Origin: Gemmatimonadota bacterium | GTDB taxonomy: Bacteria > Gemmatimonadota > Gemmatimonadetes > Gemmatimonadales > GWC2-71-9 | DNA length: 64,000 bases | NCBI GenBank assembly: GCA_039592335.1 | Contig: JBDHBX010000006.1 | Span: 51,479-115,478 of the forward strand | Direction: 5' to 3' | In this document: positions 24,241 to 33,386 of the stretch, in pieces | Layout of the letters: every line of letters begins with the position of its first letter | Position numbering within the stretch: the first letter of the stretch is position 1 | Notes under the pieces: model-generated | What the model was told of the DNA's origin: nothing | Seen by the model: only the letters and a program-made list of their open reading frames with translations | Databases searched by the model: none | Translations under genes and position numbers: made by a program

Positions 24241-25119
24241 TCATGCGCGTGAGAACTCCGCTTCGTCGATCGCTGCCAACTCGTCGGCCGAGAGCCGAAC
24301 CTCGGCCGCGGTATGGGAGTCGAGGGCGTGCTCCACGGTGCGGGCCCCAGGGATGGGGATCACGCTGTCGGCCTGCGCCATCACCCAGGCGATCACGACC
24401 GCGTGGGGGGAGATGGCGTGTCGCTCGGCGATGGGGTGCAGCGTGGGGTGGTTGGGCAGCTTCTTGTTGAGGCGTCCGCCGCCCACCGGACTGTAGGCCA
24501 GGAACCCGATGCCGCGGTGCGCGCAGTAGCGCGCGACCCCCGTCTCCAGAGCCTCGCGGAAGAACGGATTCAGTCGGTTCTGCACCGTCTCGACGTGGAC
24601 GAGCTGCTCGGCCTCCTGGATCTCCTCCACCGACACGTTCGACAGGCCGATCCAACGGATCTTCCCCTCCTGCTGCAGCTCGGCCAGGGCGGCCACGCTG
24701 TCGTCAAACGGCACGCGCGGATCGGGGGCATGCAGCTGGTACAGGTCGATCTGGTTCACGCCGAGTGCCTTCAGTGAGCGCTCGCACGCTTGTTTCAGCT
24801 GTGCGGGGTGGGCATCCTGCTCCCAGCGTCCCCCGGGGCGGGTCAGGCCGCCCTTGGTGGCAATCACCATATGCTCCCGCGCGCCGGGCCACGTCGCCAC
24901 GGCCTTCGCCACGAGACGCTCGTTGTGGCCGATGTCGTCGTGGTCCAGGCAGTACACGTCGGCGGTGTCGATCAGCGTGACCCGCGCGTCGAGCACGGCG
25001 TGGATGACGCGAATCGCCTCGCGCTCGTCCGACGGCCTTCCCTGGATCGAGAGCGGCATGCCGCCGAAGCCGATCTCCGAGACCTTGGGTGCGCTGAGCC
25101 CAAGTGGGCGCGTCTGCAT
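24241..25119 (-). CDS. Aldo/keto reductase
   Basis: IGFGGM, DTADVY, ATKGG, IDLYQLH, GLSN, YSPVGG, PIPG. Confidence 0.95.
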   Translation of the reverse strand: MQTRPLGLSAPKVSEIGFGGMPLSIQGRPSDEREAIRVIHAVLDARVTLIDTADVYCLDHDDIGHNERLVAKAVATWPGAREHMVIATKGGLTRPGGRWEQDAHPAQLKQACERSLKALGVNQIDLYQLHAPDPRVPFDDSVAALAELQQEGKIRWIGLSNVSVEEIQEAEQLVHVETVQNRLNPFFREALETGVARYCAHRGIGFLAYSPVGGGRLNKKLPNHPTLHPIAERHAISPHAVVIAWVMAQADSVIPIPGARTVEHALDSHTAAEVRLSADELAAIDEAEFSRA

Positions 25120-25250
25120 GGTCGATCCCTCGTTCAGGACCGGAGCGGAGCGACTGCGCCCCGGTGTCCCGCACACAGGGCCCCGCTGCGCGGCGCCGGC
25201 CGAGCGGCACGCAGCGGGGCAGTGATGTGGCGAATCGCTGGACGCCGGAC

Positions 25251-26501
25251 CTACCGGTGCCGGCGCATGTCCTCCGCCATCTGCTTGATCGTCGCCAGGC
25301 TTCGCACCATCTCACTCCACCCGTACCATAGCGCGTAGTCCGGGTTGGCGTGGAAGGTGCCCTGGAACGCCCGCATGCGGTGCTCCAGGTGCATGACGAA
25401 CAGCTCCTGCTCGATGGGCGTCGGGGCGTCGTGGAACGTCAGCAGATCCGGGAAGGCGTAGCTGTAGCTCTCGGGCTTCTCGAGCGTGCCGTCCTCGTAC
25501 AGGCCGGCCACCACGTGGATCGCCTCGGCCAGCAGGCGATCGGCCTCCCGAATCATGTCGTCGCCCTTCTGCAGCTCGGCCCTGGCGAAGTTCTCCGAGT
25601 GGCAGCGGCTGCACACCTGGATCATCGCCTGCCGTTCCTTCTCCCACGCCTCCTGGGTGAGCCGCGCGACGTCCGCCGCCCGCACCAACTCGAGCCGGGC
25701 CGTGGGCTGACCCGCAGGGTCCAGCACCCCCAGCGCCTGGAGAATGGTCGCCTGGTCGGCAGCCCATTGCTCGTCTTCCGGCAGGGGGAGGCGTACCGCC
25801 AGGAAGCCCCACGCCGTTCGCACCTCGTGGTTGCCAGCCACCATGTGGCAGGTCTGGCACGTCGGCGCCGCGGCATTCTCGGGCAACACGCCGTTCTGCT
25901 TCAGCAGGAACCGCACGCCGTGCTTGGACGCCGAGTACATCTCCCACTGTGGGTGATCGAACCCCATGTGACAGGTCTGGCACGCCTGCGGCTGCTGGGC
26001 TTCCTCGACCGAGAAGAGGTGTCGCGTGTGGCAGGCATCGCACGACGCCACCCCGTAGCCGGCACCCTGCTCCTTGAGGGCGGCGATTTCCTCCTCGCTC
26101 TTGAGGCCGATCTTATGGCATCCGCCGCACCCCTTCATGCCCTCGGTGAGGGCCATGGGCAGGGCGTGCGTCGTGGGCATGGCGTTCATCGCCGCCCAGG
26201 CGGCCGCGTGCTTGCCGCGCGAGAACTCCTCCACCCGATTGGCATGGCAGGTCCCGCACGTATTCGGCGTGGGGAGCGACACCTTGTCGAAATCGTACTG
26301 TGTGGTGTGGTCGGTGCCGTGGCACACGCCGCAAGTGATCCCGTTCTGCCCGTGCTTGCTCATCTGCCAATCGGTCACGACCCTGGGGGTCACCCGTGTG
26401 TGACAGTCGAGGCAGTTGGCGCTCTGGGCTCGTGCATAGGACGGAACTGCGAGGGCCACCACCACCAGAAGGAGGGCCGAGACTGCGATGAGTCTCCGCA
26501 T
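25251..26501 (-). CDS. Octaheme cytochrome c, hydroxylamine oxidoreductase (HAO) family
   Basis: Signal peptide and eight CxxCH motifs (CLDCH, CGVCH, CGTCH, CGGCH, CDACH, CQTCH, CQTCH, CSRCH); HTRHLFS, GFDHPQWEMY, HANPDY. Confidence 0.85.
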   Translation of the reverse strand: MRRLIAVSALLLVVVALAVPSYARAQSANCLDCHTRVTPRVVTDWQMSKHGQNGITCGVCHGTDHTTQYDFDKVSLPTPNTCGTCHANRVEEFSRGKHAAAWAAMNAMPTTHALPMALTEGMKGCGGCHKIGLKSEEEIAALKEQGAGYGVASCDACHTRHLFSVEEAQQPQACQTCHMGFDHPQWEMYSASKHGVRFLLKQNGVLPENAAAPTCQTCHMVAGNHEVRTAWGFLAVRLPLPEDEQWAADQATILQALGVLDPAGQPTARLELVRAADVARLTQEAWEKERQAMIQVCSRCHSENFARAELQKGDDMIREADRLLAEAIHVVAGLYEDGTLEKPESYSYAFPDLLTFHDAPTPIEQELFVMHLEHRMRAFQGTFHANPDYALWYGWSEMVRSLATIKQMAEDMRRHR

Positions 26502-26549
26502 TTCACCACCTCCCACCATTGTCTGAACAGTCTCAGTGAGGACAGCTCG

Positions 26550-26578
26550 AGAATGCGCGCCCGGCCGGGTGTTGTCAA
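26550..26578 (-). promoter_or_regulatory. Putative sigma70 promoter of the octaheme cytochrome gene
   Basis: Minus strand TTGACA-17 nt-CATTCT. Confidence 0.5.
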
Positions 26579-26665
26579 CGCGGACGGAGCGTGCACGCGG
26601 GACCCCTGGCACAGCGGCCCGTGACGGCGCAGATTGACGATCCCCGCGACAAGAATGAGGGAACC

Positions 26666-27472
26666 GTGAGATCACGCATCGGCATTACCCTGGGCCTCTG
26701 CACGCTCGTCGCCTCGACCCTGCTGGCCCACGATCTGTTTCTCAAGCTCGAGAGCTACTTCGTCGAGCCCGATACGGCGATCGAGATCCTCGTCCTGAAC
26801 GGCACGTTCAGCCAGAGCGAGAATGCGGTTACCGCAGACCGTGTGTTCGACATCTCGCTCGTCGCGCCGTCGGGAACCACGCATCTCGACACCGCCGCGT
26901 GGCGGGTACGGGGAGACTCCACCTGGCTGCGCCTGCGGGCCGGTGAGCCCGGCACGTACGTAGTGGGGGCCGCGATCCTGCCGCGAGAGCTCACGCTCGA
27001 GGCGGAGGACTTCAACGAGTACCTCGAGCACGACGGCATTCCCGACATCCTGGCGTATCGCACGGAGCGAGGTGAGTTGGGGAAGCCCGCTACGGAGCGG
27101 TACTCAAAGCACGTGAAGGCCGTGTTCCAGGTGGGCTCCGAGCGCTCTGAAGGCTTTGCCACGGTACTGGGGTATCCCGCCGAGGTCGTTCCGCTGGCCA
27201 ACCCCTATGAGCTTTCCGTGGGGAGCGTGCTGCGGGTACGGTGCCTGGTGGACCGCCATCCCGTGGCCGATCAGACAGTGCTGTGGGGAGGGGAGGGCAC
27301 GGACGGCACGATTGGGGAGCGCCGCGCCAGGACCGACCAGGACGGCATCGCCGAGGTGACGATCGACGCCCCGGGCAAGTGGTACGTGAAGTTCATCAAC
27401 ATGGTCCCTGCGCCGGAGCCCAAGCTGGACTACGTCTCCCGCTGGGCGACGCTCACCTTCCAGGTTCGCTGA
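26666..27472 (+). CDS. DUF4198 family periplasmic protein (often linked to Ni/Co uptake)
   Basis: Signal peptide ending AH-DLFL; FNEYLEHDG, ERYSKHVK, EVVPLANPY, TDQDG, WATLTF. Confidence 0.82.
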   Translation: MRSRIGITLGLCTLVASTLLAHDLFLKLESYFVEPDTAIEILVLNGTFSQSENAVTADRVFDISLVAPSGTTHLDTAAWRVRGDSTWLRLRAGEPGTYVVGAAILPRELTLEAEDFNEYLEHDGIPDILAYRTERGELGKPATERYSKHVKAVFQVGSERSEGFATVLGYPAEVVPLANPYELSVGSVLRVRCLVDRHPVADQTVLWGGEGTDGTIGERRARTDQDGIAEVTIDAPGKWYVKFINMVPAPEPKLDYVSRWATLTFQVR

Positions 27473-27554
27473 TCGGTCCTGTCGCCAATCCGGTACGCGG
27501 CCGTTGCGCAATCGTCATGCGGGCGGCACCATTACCTGACTAGTGTGTCTTCTG

Positions 27555-27582
27555 GGGCACCCGACCCTTGGGTTGGGTGCCC
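27555..27582. terminator. GC-rich hairpin between the DUF4198 gene and ppx
   Basis: GGGCACCCGACC-CTTG-GGTTGGGTGCCC, 12-bp stem with one G-U pair. Confidence 0.5.
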
Positions 27583-27615
27583 AAGTGTCCAGTAGTGCGA
27601 GGCAAGTGGTTGTCC

Positions 27616-27621
27616 TATAAT
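27616..27621 (+). promoter_or_regulatory. Consensus -10 box upstream of the polyphosphate operon
   Basis: Exact TATAAT in an AT-rich patch 36 nt before the ppx ATG; no clear -35. Confidence 0.5.
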
Positions 27622-27657
27622 GAATTACGAGCATGAAGCCTGATCCTGCGAAGTCCC

Positions 27658-29244
27658 ATGCCTGAGCCGACCGGGAATGGTCCGCGGCCCCGCCTCGCTG
27701 CCATCGACGTCGGAACGAACTCCATCCGCTTCGTGGTGGCTGAGGTGGAGCCGGACGGCAACTACCGCGTCCTCGACGAAGAACGGGACATGACGCGGCT
27801 GGGGCGCGGTCTGTACGAGACGGGCCGCATTGGCCGCGGGCCGACGGAGCGGTCGCTCGAGGCGCTCGCCAAGATGCGGGCGATCGCCGATGGGTTCGGC
27901 GTGCAGGAGCTGCGGGTGGTGGCCACCAGTGCCGTGCGCGAGGCCGCCAATGGCCGAGAGTTCCGGCGCGAGGCCGCGCGCCGCTGCAAAGTGAACATCG
28001 ACGTAATCTCCCCCGACGAGGAAGCGCAGCTCGCCTTCAAGAGCGTGATGCGCCACTTCGCGTTGGAGGAGCGATCCTTCGCCGTGGTGGATATCGGGGG
28101 CGGCAGCGTGGAGGTGATTCTGGCCGCCGGCGGCATGGTGAACCAGGTGCATTCGCTCCCGCTGGGAGCGGTGCGCCTCACCGAGTGCTACGTGAAGAGC
28201 GATCCGCTCAAGCCAAAACACTGGAGCAAGCTGCGGCGCGCAATCGACAAGTCTATCAAGGCCGAGATCGGGCGGCCCCCATTCGCCACCGAGGTGATGG
28301 TCGGGAGTGGCGGCACCTTCACTAACCTGGGCGAGATGGTGCAGTGCGAGCGGGACGGTCGGGCCAGCCAGGTGCGCAACTACGCCATCACGCGGGCCGA
28401 CTTGAAGCGGCTGCTCGACCGCCTGCGCGAGACGCCGCTGGGATCCCGGAGGAAGCTGTGTGGCCTCAACCCCAAGCGGGCCGACATCATCGTGGCCGGC
28501 GCGGCGTCCATCGCCCGCCTGGCGAAGCATTTGGGCACGCAGCAGATCCTCATCAACGATCGGGGGATTCGCGACGGACTCGTGGTCTCGATGGTCGAGG
28601 ATCTGGGGACCGCCGGGGCGGCCTCGGCGGCGCCAGTGCAGGATCGCATGGCGTGGGTGCGGGAGTTCGCCCGCAAGTGCCGCTCCAACGATCGCCACTG
28701 CAATCACGTGAGCCACCTCGCACTGCAGATCTTCGACGAGGTGCAGCAGCCGTTCGAGTTGCCCTCGGCGGGCCGCGACATCCTGCAGGCTGCCGCGCTG
28801 TTGCACGACGTGGGCTACCTGATCAATCACGCCGGGCACCACAAGCACGCCTACCATCTCATCATGCACGGCGACCTGCGCGGCTTCTCGCCGGGAGAAG
28901 TAGAGCTCATCGCCAACGTGGCGCGCTACCACCGGCGGGCGTTCCCCAAGAGGAAGCACGCCGACTACCGACGCCTCGAGCGGTCCGACCAGATCCTGGT
29001 GGAACAGCTCAGCGCGATCCTGCGGGTGGCGGATGGCCTCGATCGCACCCACGGCCAGGCGGTGACCGGTGTGCGCTGCGAGGTGAAGGACGACCGCGTC
29101 CTGATGTCCCTCCAGGCGCCGCGCAATCCCGGTGTGGACCTTGCCGACGCACAGCGCAAGGGCACGCTGTTGGAGAAGGCGTTTGACGTGCGGTTGAGTT
29201 TGGAGTGGTCACGGAGTCGAGCCCGCGCGGCACGGAGCTCCTAG
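27658..29244 (+). CDS. ppx: Ppx/GppA exopolyphosphatase with HD domain
   Basis: AAIDVGTNS, ATSAVREA, EEA, DIGGGS, GIRDG, LLHDVG, ARYHR. Confidence 0.95.
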   Translation: MPEPTGNGPRPRLAAIDVGTNSIRFVVAEVEPDGNYRVLDEERDMTRLGRGLYETGRIGRGPTERSLEALAKMRAIADGFGVQELRVVATSAVREAANGREFRREAARRCKVNIDVISPDEEAQLAFKSVMRHFALEERSFAVVDIGGGSVEVILAAGGMVNQVHSLPLGAVRLTECYVKSDPLKPKHWSKLRRAIDKSIKAEIGRPPFATEVMVGSGGTFTNLGEMVQCERDGRASQVRNYAITRADLKRLLDRLRETPLGSRRKLCGLNPKRADIIVAGAASIARLAKHLGTQQILINDRGIRDGLVVSMVEDLGTAGAASAAPVQDRMAWVREFARKCRSNDRHCNHVSHLALQIFDEVQQPFELPSAGRDILQAAALLHDVGYLINHAGHHKHAYHLIMHGDLRGFSPGEVELIANVARYHRRAFPKRKHADYRRLERSDQILVEQLSAILRVADGLDRTHGQAVTGVRCEVKDDRVLMSLQAPRNPGVDLADAQRKGTLLEKAFDVRLSLEWSRSRARAARSS

Positions 29245-31407
29245 ATGGCGAAGCGTCCGAAGCCTCAGCATTCGTCCGGGCACTACATCAACCGGGAAAC
29301 GAGTTGGCTCGAGTTCAACGGTCGGGTGCTGGAGGAGGCAGGCGACCGCTCCAATCCTCTGCTCGAACGGCTCAAGTTCCTGGCGATCTTCGGCTCGAAC
29401 CTGGACGAGTTCTTCGAGATTCGCATGGCGGGCCTGCAGCAGCAGGTGGATGCCGGCGTGGAGCCACAGGACTATGGCGCGGACGGCCTCGGGCCCCGGG
29501 AGCAGCTCGCGGCTGCCGAGGCTCGGGTCCGCGACTTCGTGAGTGAGCAGTACCGTCTGTTCAACGAGGACGTCATCCCGGCCCTGGCCGACGTTGGCAT
29601 GGCGAGGGTGTGCTACGACGACCTCACGGCCGCCGAGCGGTTGGCGACGGAGTCGCTGTTCCAGGGGAGCGTGTATCCCGTGCTGACGCCCCTGGCGGTG
29701 GATCCGGGGCACCCCTTCCCGCACGTCCATCACAAGAGCCTCAACATCATTCTCCGCGTGGAGTCGGAGCGCGACGACCAGCGGCACGTGGCGGTGGTGC
29801 AGGTGCCGTCGGTGCTCGACCGCGCGGTGATCGTCACCCGCGACGACAGGCGACTGCGGTACGTGCTGCTGGAGGACATCATCCTGCGCCATCTGGGTGA
29901 CCTGTTCGGCGGCTTCCGGGTGCTGGATCACGTCATCTTCCGCGTCACGCGCAACGCCGACCTGAGGATTCAGGAGGAGCAGGCGGAGGACCTGCTCGAG
30001 ACCATCGAGGAAAGCCTGCGTCAGCGGGTCCGCTCCGACCCAGTGCGTCTCGAGGTGGAAGCCGATGCCGACGAGTCGCTGGTCGAGGTGTTGACCGGCG
30101 CGCACGAGCTCGAGGCGTGCGACGTGTACCGCGTGAACGGCCCTCTCGATCTCTCGGGGATGATGCGCCTCAGCCGGGTGAGCGGATTCGACCAGCACAA
30201 GGATGAGCCGCTGGTGCCGCGGGTCGCACCAGCCTTCGCCAACGCCGACGACCTGTTCGAGGTCATCCGCGAGCAGGACGTGCTGGTGCACCACCCCTAC
30301 GAGTCGTTCGGCTCCGTCGTGGAGTTCATCGAGCAGGCAGCGGACGACCCCGACGTGCTCGCGATCAAGCAGACGCTGTACCGCACCAGCGTGCCCAGCG
30401 CCATCATCTCCGCGCTCGGGCGGGCGGCACAGAACGGCAAGCAGGTGACCGCGCTGGTGGAGCTCAAGGCCCGCGCCGACGAGCAGAACAACATCCTGTG
30501 GGCCCGCCAGCTCGAGGAAGCGGGAGTGCACGTGGTCTACGGCGTGGTGGGACTGAAGACGCACTGCAAGGCTGCCCTCGTGGTGCGACGCGAGCAGGAG
30601 GGAATCCGCCGCTACCTGCACTTGGCGACCGGCAACTACAACCAGGTCACAGCGCGGGTGTACACCGACCTCGGGCTATTCACGGCGAACGAGGAACTGG
30701 GCGACGACGCCACCGCGCTATTCAACCTGCTCACGGGCTACTCGCGTGGGCACGACTGGCAGGGCCTGCTGGTCGCGCCGGATGAGCTGCGGGAGCAGAT
30801 CGTCGGGTTGATCGAGCGCGAGCGGCGCCACGCGGCGGAAGGCCTCCCGGCACGGATCATCGTGAAGATGAACGCGCTGGTGGAGCACTCGGTGATCGAC
30901 GCGCTGTATGAGGCGTCCCAGGCGGGGGTGAAGATAGATCTCATCATCCGGGGTATCTGCTGTCTGCGCCCGGGGATGCCAGGTGTCTCCGAGAACATCC
31001 GGGTCATCAGCATCGTGGACAAGTTCCTGGAGCACTCCCGCGTGTTCTACTTCGAGAACGCGGGCTCGTCCGATCTGTTTCTCGGCAGTGCCGACTGGAT
31101 GCCGCGCAACTTCTTCCGCCGTATCGAGGTCATGTTCCCGGTGCTCGATCCCGGGCTCAAGGCGCGCATCGTGAACGAGGTGCTGGAAACCGGGTTGGCC
31201 GACAACGTCAAAGCCCGGATCCTGTGCTCCGACGGGAGCTACCGGCGCCGCCCGGGGGCCGAGGACGAGCCCGAGGTGCGGTCCCAGGTGACTCTCCAGG
31301 GGCTCGCCCGGGAGGCCGCGCTGGTGAGCGGAGAGTTCCGGCTCCCGATCCCGTCCACCACGCGGCGCCGGCCATCCGGCCCCGATCGCGCCGCGACCCC
31401 AGCCTAA
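29245..31407 (+). CDS. ppk1: Polyphosphate kinase 1
   Basis: NRETSWLEFN, NLDEFF, HHPYESF, KQTLYR, KTHCK, TGNYN, FLEHSR, GSADWMPRN. Confidence 0.97.
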   Translation: MAKRPKPQHSSGHYINRETSWLEFNGRVLEEAGDRSNPLLERLKFLAIFGSNLDEFFEIRMAGLQQQVDAGVEPQDYGADGLGPREQLAAAEARVRDFVSEQYRLFNEDVIPALADVGMARVCYDDLTAAERLATESLFQGSVYPVLTPLAVDPGHPFPHVHHKSLNIILRVESERDDQRHVAVVQVPSVLDRAVIVTRDDRRLRYVLLEDIILRHLGDLFGGFRVLDHVIFRVTRNADLRIQEEQAEDLLETIEESLRQRVRSDPVRLEVEADADESLVEVLTGAHELEACDVYRVNGPLDLSGMMRLSRVSGFDQHKDEPLVPRVAPAFANADDLFEVIREQDVLVHHPYESFGSVVEFIEQAADDPDVLAIKQTLYRTSVPSAIISALGRAAQNGKQVTALVELKARADEQNNILWARQLEEAGVHVVYGVVGLKTHCKAALVVRREQEGIRRYLHLATGNYNQVTARVYTDLGLFTANEELGDDATALFNLLTGYSRGHDWQGLLVAPDELREQIVGLIERERRHAAEGLPARIIVKMNALVEHSVIDALYEASQAGVKIDLIIRGICCLRPGMPGVSENIRVISIVDKFLEHSRVFYFENAGSSDLFLGSADWMPRNFFRRIEVMFPVLDPGLKARIVNEVLETGLADNVKARILCSDGSYRRRPGAEDEPEVRSQVTLQGLAREAALVSGEFRLPIPSTTRRRPSGPDRAATPA

Positions 31408-31422
31408 TCTGCAGGAGGAGCC

Positions 31423-31938
31423 ATGCGACTCCTCATCGTGCGGCATGCCATCGCCGAGGACCGCGTCGCCTTTGCGGCGACGGGCAAGGACGACGATGAG
31501 CGTCCCCTCACCGAAGAAGGCCGCCGCCGCATGGAACAGGGAGCGCGCGGCCTCAAGCAGCTCGTTCCCGTGCTCGATCTCGTGGCGACCAGTCCGCTGG
31601 TGCGCGCCGCACAGACAGCCGAGATCCTGGCCGCCGCGTATGATGGCGTGGCAGTCGAGCAGGTCCCGGCGCTGGCCGCGGGCGGGGATTCGGGGCCCGT
31701 GATCCAGTGGCTGCGCGGCCGGCGCGCGGGCGACTCGGTTGCCATCGTGGGCCACGAACCCGACTGCTCCGCTCTCGTGTCGCACCTGCTGACCGGTGCC
31801 GACGATTCCTTCGTGCAGCTCAAGAAGGGATCGGTGTGCCTGTTGGAGTTTGCCGACCGACCGGCGGCGGGCGAGGGCCTGTTGCGATGGGCGCTCGCGC
31901 CGAAGCAGCTCCGCCTCCTCGGGGGCGGCACTGTCTGA
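31423..31938 (+). CDS. sixA: Phosphohistidine phosphatase SixA family
   Basis: RHAIA, RPLT, SPLVRAAQTA, VGHEP; AGGAGGAG RBS. Confidence 0.93.
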   Translation: MRLLIVRHAIAEDRVAFAATGKDDDERPLTEEGRRRMEQGARGLKQLVPVLDLVATSPLVRAAQTAEILAAAYDGVAVEQVPALAAGGDSGPVIQWLRGRRAGDSVAIVGHEPDCSALVSHLLTGADDSFVQLKKGSVCLLEFADRPAAGEGLLRWALAPKQLRLLGGGTV

Positions 31939-33385
31939 GTACCCCCGCGGCCTGCTCGGTCGCCCGGTCGCTGCGGCCATGGACGGCATTGGTGGCGTGC
32001 TGCTGGATGCCGCCGGCGCCGCCCAGGGGCGGCTGGCCGATCCAGTGGACGAGGAGGCGCTGCATGACTTCCGAGTGGCGCTGCGCCGACTGCGCAGTAT
32101 CGAGCGGGCCTTCCGCAGTCAGCTCGACGACCTGATGGCGAAGAAGCTGCGGCGGCGCGTGCGCGACCTAGCGCGAGCGACCAACGGTGCCCGCGATGCG
32201 GAGGTGCAGCTCGCCTGGGTGCGGGGGCAGCGCAAGGGCCTGGACCGGGAGCAGCGGGTCGGATTCACCTGGTTCTTGAAGCGGCTGGAAGAGCGGCGCG
32301 ATCGGGAGTACGAAGCCAGCTTCCGCGCCATCGACGCGGAGTTCCCCGGTGTCGACCGCTGCGTGCGCAAGTGGCTTCGCAGTGGCCGGGGGACCGACGC
32401 TCCGGAGGGCGCCACCTTCGCGACGGCGCTGGGCGAGCTGATCGAGGAGCACCTCGAGGCGCTGGAAGGCAAGCTGGACGCGATCCATGCCCCGGAGGAC
32501 GAGACAGCCGTGCATCAGGCCCGCATCGCGGCCAAGCGATTGCGTTACCTGTCGGAGCTGATCGCGGCGGAGATCGGCGCCGCCGAAGAGGCGGTCACCC
32601 GGCTCAAGGGACTGCAGGATGTGCTGGGCGAGCTGCACGATCGGCAGGTGCTGGATCATGAGCTCACCGTTGCTCTCGAGGCTGCGGCCGCTGATCATGT
32701 GCGCCGGCTGCGCGAGCTCGAGCTGCAACAGGCGAGTAAGAAGAAGGTGGAGGCCGCCGAGCGACGCAACGCCGCCCCCGGCGTGCTGACACTCGCCCGC
32801 GCGGGGAGGGAGGTCCAGCGCGAGCTCTACCGGACGTTCGCGGCCGAGTGGCGCAACGGCGGGCTCACCGGCCTCCGCACCGTGCTCGACGCCGTCCTGG
32901 ACGTGCTCCGGGCCTACCGGGCCGGCGTGCCCGTGGAGGTGGAGCGGAAGTACCTGTTGTCTGGTCTGCCGAAGAAGGTGCGCGACGCCCCGTCGGTGAC
33001 CGTCGAGCAAGGGTGGTTGCCCGGGGAGCGGCTGCAGGAGCGGCTGCGCCACGTCTCGGGCGACGACGGCGACCGGTACTTTCGCACGGTGAAGCTGGGC
33101 CGGGGTCTCACGCGCATCGAGCTGGAGGAGGAGGCCTCAGCGGAGTTGTTCGAAAGACTCTGGGCGCTCACCGAGGGGCGCCGGCTGCGCAAGCGGCGCT
33201 ACTACCTGCCGGACGGCGATCTCAGGTGGGAGGTGGACGAGTTCCTCGACCGGGAGTTGGTGCTGGCCGAGGTGGAGCTGGCCGATCCGGCGCTGACCGT
33301 GGCCCCGCCGGCATGGCTCGCGTCCCTGGTCGTGCGGGAAGTGACCGGAGAGCCGGAGTACCTGAACGTCAACCTGGGGCGATGA
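31931..33385 (+). CDS. CHAD domain and CYTH (TTM) domain fusion protein
   Basis: CHAD motifs LHDFRVALRRLR, RDAEV, HQARIAAKRLRY, QDVLGELHD; CYTH motifs EVERKY, QGW, KRRY, EVDEF, LAEVE, EVTGEPEY. Start is CTG 31931 or ATG 31979. Confidence 0.9.
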   Translation: MSEYPRGLLGRPVAAAMDGIGGVLLDAAGAAQGRLADPVDEEALHDFRVALRRLRSIERAFRSQLDDLMAKKLRRRVRDLARATNGARDAEVQLAWVRGQRKGLDREQRVGFTWFLKRLEERRDREYEASFRAIDAEFPGVDRCVRKWLRSGRGTDAPEGATFATALGELIEEHLEALEGKLDAIHAPEDETAVHQARIAAKRLRYLSELIAAEIGAAEEAVTRLKGLQDVLGELHDRQVLDHELTVALEAAAADHVRRLRELELQQASKKKVEAAERRNAAPGVLTLARAGREVQRELYRTFAAEWRNGGLTGLRTVLDAVLDVLRAYRAGVPVEVERKYLLSGLPKKVRDAPSVTVEQGWLPGERLQERLRHVSGDDGDRYFRTVKLGRGLTRIELEEEASAELFERLWALTEGRRLRKRRYYLPDGDLRWEVDEFLDRELVLAEVELADPALTVAPPAWLASLVVREVTGEPEYLNVNLGR

Positions 33386-33386
33386 G

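Noticed and set aside
27479-27518. Possible Pho box upstream of the ppx operon (CTGTCGC, CCGGTAC, CCGTTGC, TCGTCAT at 11-nt period)
   Set aside because: Only 3-5 of 7 matches to CTGTCAT per unit and about 100 nt from the -10 box; too weak without a PWM scan.
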